DNA from: Octopus vulgaris | Taxonomy: Eukaryota | NCBI GenBank assembly: GCA_951406725.2 | Contig: OX597814.1 | Location: 201,686,001-201,750,000, forward strand | Reading direction: 5' to 3' | DNA: 64,000 nucleotides | Shown: piece by piece, positions 55,021 through 64,000 of the stretch | Layout: each line of letters starts with the position of its first letter | How positions within the stretch are numbered: the stretch's first letter is position 1 | Program-made: the position numbers and the translations under genes | The notes under the pieces: model-generated | Databases searched by the model: none | Told to the model about the DNA's origin: nothing | What the model saw: the letters and a program-made list of their open reading frames with translations, nothing else

Positions 55021-56051
55021 CTAAGTGGATGAAAATATGTTTTTATTTCATATGTGTGTGTGTGTGTGGTGTGTATTACTCTTTTACTCCTTTACTTGTT
55101 TCAGTCATTTGACTGTGGCCATGCTGGAGCACCACCTTTAGTCGAGCAAATCAACCCCAGGACGTATTCTTTGTAACCCTAGTACTTATTCTATTGGTCT
55201 CTTTTGCCAAACTGCTACGTTACGGGGACGTAAACACACCAGCATCGGTTGTCAAGCAATGTTGAGGGTACAAACACATACACACAAACACATACACACA
55301 CACATATATATGACGGGCTTCTTTTCAGTTTCCGTCAATCAAATCCACTCACAAGGCTTTGGTTGGCCCGAAGCTATAGTCGAAGACACTTGCCCAAGGT
55401 GCCACACAGTGGGACTGAACCTGGAACCATGTGGTTGGTAAGCATGCTACTTACCACACAGTCACTCCTACAACAATTTTAGCACACACATAGATGATCT
55501 TCTTTCAGTTTCCATCTCCCAAATTCACTCATTAGTCTTTGGCCAGCCTGAAGCTATGGACAAACACACTTGCCCAAGGGGCAGCTGAATGGGACTGAAC
55601 CCAAGACCCCATGGTTGAAAGCACACTTCTTAACCACACAGCCATGCCTGAATGAACAATTTTCCAGATAAAAGATTGGCTGTCTTATACCGCCTACTCT
55701 TGATGAGTTCTTGCAGCAACCATTAGTCAGATTATCAGAGCAATTACCAGCAAAATGTCTAGCTCACACTTGTCAAATATCTTTTAGTTTTTCTGTCTGC
55801 AGGGAATTTAAAGAACTTATTTCCATTTCACTTTTTCTTTTATGTTTTTCCAGAAGAATTTTCCCCAGTCTCAAGAGCCTTTCACACTGTGTGAGAACAT
55901 CAAACATAATTAGACAAACTGATATGAAAATTGCATTTCCTTATAAGCAATTTTTATATCTGGCCGTATACAATAAATTGGAATTGACTTTTCATATATT
56001 GCTGGTTGATATCTATTTCTTGATCATTGTTAATATTATTATTATTATTGA

Positions 56052-56680
56052 GGCAACGAGCTGGCAGAAACATTAGCATGCCAGGCGAAATGCTTAGCGG
56101 TATTTCATCTGCCACTAAGTTCTGAGTTCCAATTCCGCCGAGGTCGACTTTGCCTTTCATCCTTTCGGGGTCGATTAAATAAGTACCAGTTGTACACTGG
56201 GGTCGATATAATCGACTTAATCCCTTTGTCTGTCCTTGTTTGTCCTCTCTGTGTTTAGCCCCTTGTGGGTAGTAAAGAAATAGGTATTTTGTCTGTCTTT
56301 ACATTCTGAGTTCAAATTCCGCCAAGGTCAACCTTGCCTTTCATCCTTTCGGGGTCAATAAATTAAGTACCAGTTGCATACTGGGGTCGATCTAATCGAC
56401 TGGCCCCTCTCCCCAAGAATTTCGAGCTTTCTGCCTAGAGTAGAAAAGAATATTTTGGTAACTTCAAGGTGGCGAGCTGGCAGAAGCATTAGCATGCCAG
56501 GCAAAATGCTTAGATGTATTTTGTCTGTCTTTACATTCTGAGATCAAATTCTGCCGAGGTTGACTTTGCCTTTCATCCTTTTGGGGTCAATAAATTAAGT
56601 ACCAGTTGCATACTGGGATTAATCTAATCGACTGGCCCCTCTCCCCAAGAATTTCGGGCCTTGTGCCAAGTGTTGAAAAG
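56052..56680 (+). mobile_element. tRNA-derived SINE family B cluster (dimeric-core copy plus a second copy)
   Basis: gagctggcagaa head, gagttcaaattcc B-box, core gcctttcatcctttcggggtcga..aagtaccag; more than 12 copies in the window. Confidence 0.85.
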
Positions 56681-56719
56681 ATTATTATTATTATTATTAT
56701 TATTATCAATAATATCAAT

Positions 56720-57140
56720 AGGCGCAGGAGTGGCTGTGTGGTAAGTAGCTTGCTAACCAACCACATGGTTCCGGGTTCAGTCCCACTGCGTGGCATTTTG
56801 GACAAGTGTCTTCTGCTATAGCCCCGGGCCGACCAATGCCTTGTGAGTGGATTTGGTAGACGGAAACTGAAAAGAAGCCCGTCGTATATATGTATATATA
56901 TATATATGCATGTGTGTGTTTGTGTGTCTGTGTTTGTCCCCCTAGCATTGCTTGACAACCGATGCTGGTGTGTTTACATCCCCGTCACTTAGTGGTTCGG
57001 CAAAAGAGACCGATAGAATAAGTACTGGGCTTACAAAGAATAAGTCCCGGGGTCGATTTGCTCGACTAAAAGGTGGTGCTCCAGCATGGCCGCAGTCAAA
57101 TGACTGAAACAAGTAAAAGAGTAAAAGAGTAAAGAGTAAA
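56720..57140 (+). mobile_element. SINE family A, full-length young copy
   Basis: Starts ggcgcaggagtggctgtgtgg, intact CpGs, ends in (gtaaaaga)n. Confidence 0.9.
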
Positions 57141-57348
57141 GTTGGCAAGCTGGCAGATTTGTTACCACGCCAGACAAAATGGCATTTCTTCTGACTCTAT
57201 GTTCTGAGTTCAAATACCACCAAGGTTGACTTTGCCTTTCTTCTTTCTAGGATCAAGAAAATGAGCATCAGTTGAGCACTGGGTTGATGTAATCGATTTA
57301 GTCCCTGTCATGAAATTGCTCACCCTGTGCCAAAATTTGAAACCATTA

Positions 57349-57405
<57 letters not shown>

Positions 57406-58007
57406 CCACTATCATCTTATCCTCTAATTCTTCATTGAAAACCTGAACAATTTCGCAATGATCATTTCCATCATTTTAATGCCACCTGTTCCACGTCTGC
57501 ATGGATCAGGCAAGATCTCATTGAAATAGAATTTTCCATGGTGACCAGATGCTTATCCATTTTCAAACAAGATCATAATTCCCCCCACTCTATTCAACAA
57601 AGAATAGCATGGACATGCTTTCGCAGAAGACTACAAAGAATCATTACTGATTATATGAATGATAATGTTCTTCCTTACATTCTGTGTACACATGTCAAGG
57701 TAGCTCCAGGAGAGTGGACCAGCTCTTGAAGTAGATTGCAAACAAATGGCAATGTTTATGGAAACAAGGAAGCGTTATTTCCAGTTAGCATACACATGTC
57801 AAGTCAATGGCAATACATCCTGACTTACACAAACATATACACACACTCACACAGATGTACACACAGATATACACATGCACACACATACAATGGGCTACTT
57901 TCACTTTCCATTTACCAAATTTGATTCACAAGGGGTTTGTCAGCTCATGGCTGTAGTGGAAGACACCAGCTGAGGGTGTTGATGCAGTGGGATTGAATCT
58001 CCAAAAC

Positions 58008-58232
58008 CAGAGGTTCTCAACCTTTTTAATATCCAGGGCCAGATCCAAAACCTGGATTTTTTAAGGACCACACCAAAAAAAACTCCAAAAAATCTCACAA
58101 GTCAATTAAATAAAAAATTTAGTATATTTATAGTGGGAAGACCGTAAGGGCCACCAGTAGGATGCTTGAGGGCCACCAGAAGGGTGCTTGAAGGATGCAT
58201 GCAGCTCTGGGAGCTGTGTTTCAGAACTACTG
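58008..58232. mobile_element. hAT/Charlie-like MITE, decayed
   Basis: Ends cagaggttctcaacc / gtttcagaactactg, with internal gggcca motifs. Confidence 0.55.
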
Positions 58233-59977
58233 CCTAAAATGCATAGCAGAGAAGTGAACTTCTTAATCGCATGTTATCATATTTGCACCTGTTTTCCAAT
58301 ATACATTGTGAACAGTATTAAACTAATTTCAAAGAACCATATAATTGATATACACATGTCCTATTTCCAAAATATACATTCATCACTCACTTGGATTTTT
58401 AAAACATATTTAATGTAAACATATTCTGAGAGGAGAAGGAACCAAGAGATTTCATTTTTGGAATTGAATTAATCTTTAATATCTGTAGAAATTCTATTCT
58501 CATTACTACAAAGCATTTCTGAGATACATGTTTGCACAAACTAAACCTTTGAAGATATCAATTATATCACCACAACTAAACAAAGAATAAGTTCTGTAAA
58601 CAACCTATACAAGAATAACATCAGAACCAGATTGGCAAACAGTGGGAATGAATACAGATTCTGGAAAGCTGGTTGTCATTAATTTATTACATGTTTAGGT
58701 TGCGGTGGATAAAGTTTGGTTCATTTCAGGCAGGATCCTAAAATTTTTATTTATCAGACAGATATCATCTGATATCTATTGATATTCATATAATATTGGT
58801 CTTCCCTTCATCTAAAATATCCAAGTCATACATCAGTAGTTGTTAAAATATTGCAAGAAACTTCTGTTTTTTATTATTTTTCACTGAATACCATATTTTT
58901 CAGCATAAAATGAACCCCTATTTTACAATTATGATTTGCAGAAAAAAAAAAGAGTTAAAAAAACTACATTATGGGATCACCATATCCCAGTTTTATGTTC
59001 TTTCAGGTTAAATATGTAATTCTTAATATTTTGTGGCAAGCAAAAGTGTCAGGCTCAGAATCATAAGCATCCTCAGAAAAATGCTTAGTGGCATTTTGTC
59101 TGATTTTGGTTTTAAGTTCAAATTCCGCTGAAGTCAGCTTTGCCTTACCTCCTTTCAGTGTTGAAAAAATAAGTAACAGTTATGCACTGGGGGCCAATGT
59201 AATCTATTTTCTCCCCTCCTCCTGAAATTGGTGGCCTTGTGCCAAAATATGAAACCGATATTTTGATCATAGGGATTATGATACATATGAAATTCATATT
59301 TCTGGTTATGATATTTTATGTAACAACAATCAAATAACAGGGTGGCACACCACTGCTATGATTTTGTTGTCATCTACTCATTGCATATAACTGACAGACA
59401 GATGAAATATTAACATTCCATTCATCTTTCTAGAAGAATTTCCATTTAAATAATGAATGTTTCCTAAAGATAAGACAGTCATTAAACAACATAAAATATG
59501 TGTCTGTGCTGTGGAAGGAGACAAAGGGACATGTCGTACCTTTCAAATTTACCTGCCAACATATCATAGGCAGTTGTTCATTTGTTTGGATTTGTTTGTG
59601 ATATTTTGAGTTGTCAGCCATGTCCTATTATCAGTACCAATTACTGTGCCTGGTGGACTTAGGCTTATCTGCCTCGCTAACATACAACCCTTGGTCTCCA
59701 ATGCATAACATAGCCACTTTAAATGCAGCACAAGTTTTTGATATCTTCTATTTTCTTTTGTTCCCTTCTGTCAGTCATTAGACTGTGGCCATGCTGGGGC
59801 ACAACCTTAAAGAATATATGGTCTATTAAATTAAATCCAGTACTTTTTTTTTTTTAAAGCCTGGTACTTCTTCTATTGGACTCTTTTGCTGAACTGCTAA
59901 ATCACATGGGTGTAAACACACCAACACCAGTTGTTGAGTGGTGGGTGGTGAGACAAACACAGACACAAAAACACACT

Positions 59978-60012
<35 letters not shown>

Positions 60013-60022
60013 CCTGTCGTCG

Positions 60023-60056
<34 letters not shown>

Positions 60057-60383
60057 TTAATGGGTGTTAAATGATGACGATGATGGTGGTGATGATGATG
60101 ATGATGACAATGGGCTTCTTTCAGTTTCCATCTCCCAAATCTCCTCACAAGGCTTTGATCAGTCTGAGGCTATGGTAGAAGATACTTGCTAAAGGAACTG
60201 AACCGAGAAACATGTGATTGAAAAACTTTTCTTTTCAAAATTAATATTCATTTCATTATTCTGAATAAGCTCCAAGAAATTTGATAAAATTTAAATTGTA
60301 ATTATTGTGTTGTATCTTGGGAGGGTCATTGCACCAATAGCAATAAATACAGGCACTGGTCCAGTATCAGAAACAAAGTATAA

Positions 60384-60800
60384 AGGTGGCAAGCTGGCAG
60401 AAACGTTGGCACGCCGGGCGAAATGATCAGCGGTATTTCGTCTGCCATTAAGTTCTGAGTTCAAATTCCGCCGAGGTCGACTTTGCCTTTCATCCTTTCG
60501 GGGTCGATTAAACAAGTACCAGTTATGCACTGGGGTCAATATAATCAACTTAATCCATTTATCTGTCCTTGTTTGTCCTCTCTGTGTTTAGCCCCTTGTG
60601 GGTAGTAAAGAAATAGGTATTTCGTTTGCCGCTACGTTCTGAGTTCAAATTCCACCGAGGTTGACTTTGCCTTTCATCCTTTCGGGGTTGATTAAATAAG
60701 TACCAGTTATGCACTGGGTTCAATATAATCGACTTAATCCCTTTGTCTGTCCTTGTTTGTCCTCTCTGTGTGTGGCCCCTTGTGGACAGTATAGAAATAA
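60384..60800 (+). mobile_element. SINE family B with tandemly duplicated core
   Basis: Head followed by two ~180-bp core units. Confidence 0.85.
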
Positions 60801-62084
60801 GAAACGAAGTATAATTACTGTATGTATGGCATGCTCTTTTTGTTATCCGTGGTGGCCAAAGCATACTTCCAAAGTCACCTGTCTGTCATATAACAGGCAA
60901 GCCTTAGTGTAGTTGTAATAATATTTTTGGATTTTAACTTTGTTACATCTGTTGTGCTGTAGAAAACTAGCAAAGGCCAAATCAGAATTTTAGATTTTAC
61001 CAAAATAATCTCTATTTTTAAGAATATTGCATTATATGCATTGATTGAAGAAGAACGCATTTTTAACTCCGTAGAGAAATTATTAGAAAAGAGTGCTGAT
61101 ATAAATTAAATACTAAATTTAAACAACCATTATTTACAAAATGTAGATAAAGGTCCTATATTAGAAACAGGTAAAATTAAATATTTGTAAATTCCAAGTT
61201 GGAAAATTTTTCAATGAAATCCTTCCAGTATATTAATAAATAAGAAAATATTTAGTCTATTCAAACTCTGATTAATCTCTCTCTATTTTTTCTTGAATTT
61301 CACCTATTTTTCTGGATTTGATTAAAATGTTTTCTAAAAATTTTGCAGATTGTTTGTTACGTAAAGTGTCTTCCATTTATAAAGTTTCTTATTTGAATTG
61401 AAAATTGAGAAATGAATCTTTTTCTGTTTATTGTTTCCCATTTCATTTAAAAAAAACCATAAAACTAATAAAATGAGATTAATTTTGCATTTTCTTTCTC
61501 TCTGACCCTCTTTGTTTCACTTTCACTTTTTGTTCTAATATTATTTGGTCTTCAAAAGAACATGGAGATATAAACTTTATCTGATCCTTTTGGTTGAATA
61601 AGTCAATGTTGTTCATGTCTACCATGAAATTTAGTTGGTGGTGCACATGAGCACTGCATACAATAATTTCATTATTATTATTATGATGTAACTGGAAACA
61701 TCTGGACTGGAAAGGAAGTCCAGAGGGAAAGTATTAAGTTGAATGTTTAGAATAAAGTTTCAGGATGAGATACAGAAAGGCTGATTAAGAGGAGGGGAAT
61801 TGTGTGTGTCAGATGGGCTTGGGATGAAGCAGTAAAAGAAAGACAGCAAAGGAACAATTCATGTGGATTATTAATTGTGCTATTTTTAATGTTGTTTAGC
61901 CCAGGTCATCATCATCATCACCATCATCATTTAACGTCCGTTTTTCATGCTAGAATGGGTTGGACGGTTCGACCGGGGTCTGGGAAGTCAGGAGGCTGCA
62001 CCAGGCTCCAGTCTGATCTGGCAGTGTTTCTACAGCTGGATACCCTTCCTAACGCTAACCACTCCTTGAGTGTAGTGGGTGCTA

Positions 62085-62250
62085 CCATTTTCCTCAACCG
62101 CAACTGCTTAACTTCCCAAGCTAACCTGTCATATCTCTTGACTTTTCTTTCTTCCTTATCACATACCTTGTTGTCAGCTGGGCATGCTATATCTATGATC
62201 CAGCATCGTTTTCTCTCTTTCTCAATTGAGATTGTGTCCAGCTTCATATT
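62085..62250 (-). mobile_element. R4/Dong RLE fragment
   Basis: KLDTISIEKERKRCWIIDIACPAD..KEERKVKRYDRL. Confidence 0.8.
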
Positions 62251-62253
62251 CTC

Positions 62254-62303
<50 letters not shown>

Positions 62304-62305
<2 letters not shown>

Positions 62306-62379
62306 CAGGTCACTGCCTGGAATCGAACTCGGAATTGTGAGGTTAGTAGACCGCGTACTTAACCACTATGTCATATGCC
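62304..62379 (-). mobile_element. Short tRNA-derived element with (TAA)n tail
   Basis: ggcatatgacatagtggttaag (A-box-like) ... gagttcgattcc (B-box), then ctgaataataat; no intact cloverleaf. Confidence 0.65.
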
Positions 62380-62785
62380 CGTAGGCATATATTAGATGTT
62401 ACCGATGTTGTACTAATTAACCCTTTTGTGACCATATTTCTGTTGAAATACATTGCACTTCTTTCATTTAGTTTTAAAATAAACGATAACTTTAGTAAAA
62501 CAATGGCCATTATTAAACTGGTGCTTAAGGAGGTGAGCAGGCAGAATTGTTAGCATGCTGGGCAAAACGTCTTGTGGTGTTTCATCCATCCTTTATATTC
62601 TGATCCCAAATTCTGCAAAGGCTGACTTTGCCTTGAATCCTTTTGGGGTTGACAAAAGAGTCTGATTGAATAAGTATGAGGCTTACAAAGAATAAATCCC
62701 GGGGAGATTTGTTTGACTAAAGTCAGTGCTCCAGCATGGCCGCTGTCAAATGACTGAAACAAATAAAAGAATATAGTAGAAAGAA

Positions 62786-63773
62786 TTACTACCTCTTCAT
62801 TAGCGAAGGTGGAGGTATTGTTTTTCAGTTGTGTTTGTTTGTTTATTTGCCCATGGATAAGATATCTCAAGAACTGGTGGATGGATTCAGATGAAACTTT
62901 CAGGGATGTTTGGCCTTGTGACTGACATGAACTGATTAGATTTTGGGATCAATCCAGTACCGGACAAGGATTCTGGATTATTTGTTATCTTTACTTTACA
63001 TGATTACGATCTTATGTTGACTTTCAAGTCTTTCTCAATTATCTCCCTTTAGGTTGTTTCCACAGTTTTATTTTTGTTTCTCTATTATTAATTTTACTCG
63101 TGTCTCTATCTTAGTAGAAACTGAGGGATAAAGAAATCAAACCACACAAACAAATGGCAGCAAAACCGTTCAGAAAATAAATAATACTAACGTATTCAGT
63201 AACAATAATAAATTTAATTTATTCTCAACAGTTTTTAGTTTTACCAATTTTGAATATATTGCTCCTGTTTAAAACCTCTTACCTACTTGACAATTGCATT
63301 TCTAGCTCTGCCTTGAAGGAAGCTTTACTTCTTGGACTCGCGTTTTTGTGCACAACAATGTTGTTAAACCTTCGTTAATCGCATTGTAAGTAGGTCCTCT
63401 CTGTTTTCTTTCATGCATGGATAAATTTTTTCACTATAGACCTTGATGGTCCTAGAGACACTATATCAGTGAATAGACTAAAAGAGGCCTTCATAGAGAA
63501 CATTGTCCCTGTTCTTGCTGCAGACAACACACGCACAGCATTACAAACAAAGCCTTCACACCCACCTTCACATTCCATGACAACCATTGGGATTAATCAG
63601 GTACCAGTCAAGGATTCTGGATTATTTTTTCAGTTTCATTTTTAGTATTCTCATTTGTAAGAGCAGTCGAGTTTATTTCAGATATTCTCATTTTAAAAAT
63701 CATCTCTGGTTAATCTTTGAAAGGAAGTTGGTGTTGCTTTGGTGGAGGTTTGCACTCTCTGAGTGCTCTTGTT
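62786..63773 (+). mobile_element. HINE/DINE-1-like element ends (62786-62985 and 63588-63773) bracketing ~600 bp of foreign sequence
   Basis: 5' acctc..ggtggaggt and (GTTT)n; 3' subTIR ggtggagg plus hairpin GCACTC-tct-GAGTGC (63752-63766), then a T-rich flank. Confidence 0.7.
63330..63505 (+). pseudogene. Ty3/Gypsy integrase C-terminal (GPY/F) relic
   Basis: WTRVFVHNNVVKPSLIAL*VGP...DKF/FTIDLDGPRDTISVNRLKEAF. Confidence 0.7.
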
Positions 63774-63780
63774 ATTATTG

Positions 63781-63922
<142 letters not shown>

Positions 63923-64000
63923 TCATCATTATTTTTATTATTATTATTATTAAGCTGCCTTGACTGGCTTCTCTGCTGGTGGCACGTAAAAAGCACCAAC

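Noticed and set aside
59553-59621. Possible minus-strand first exon MADNSKYHKQIQTNEQLPMICWQ with CAG|GTAAAT donor
   Set aside because: Short, no recognisable homology and no linked downstream exons; needs RNA-seq.
62304-62379. tRNA gene
   Set aside because: A/B boxes only; acceptor stem not formed and it runs into a (TAA)n tail, so it is SINE-like.

Overview
Repeat-saturated, AT-rich animal genomic DNA with no confidently identifiable host gene. The SINE/LINE repertoire and extreme microsatellite load are most consistent with a coleoid cephalopod such as Octopus; this is recognition from memory, not a database match. Almost all ORFs in the track are microsatellite or SINE artefacts. Recognisable content: several tRNA-derived SINE families; RTE, CR1 and R4/Dong LINE fragments; Penelope-like element (PLE) relics; two Tc1 elements (one DD36E); hAT/Buster and piggyBac relics and MITEs; Helentron-type non-autonomous elements; and a Ty3/Gypsy integrase scrap. 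The most notable signal is a cluster of type I hammerhead-ribozyme (HHR) motifs from several unrelated families. One has a fully canonical core (18781-18827, minus) and lies inside a non-coding ~346-bp terminally redundant unit with a second diverged copy at ~4385-4674. Another lies in a ~356-bp terminally redundant unit (47553-47953). Both resemble retrozymes (circular-RNA-forming retroelements). Further HHRs sit in PLE-type terminal repeats, including a ~690-bp palindrome with one HHR in each arm. All folds were paired by eye and coordinates of decayed repeats are approximate.
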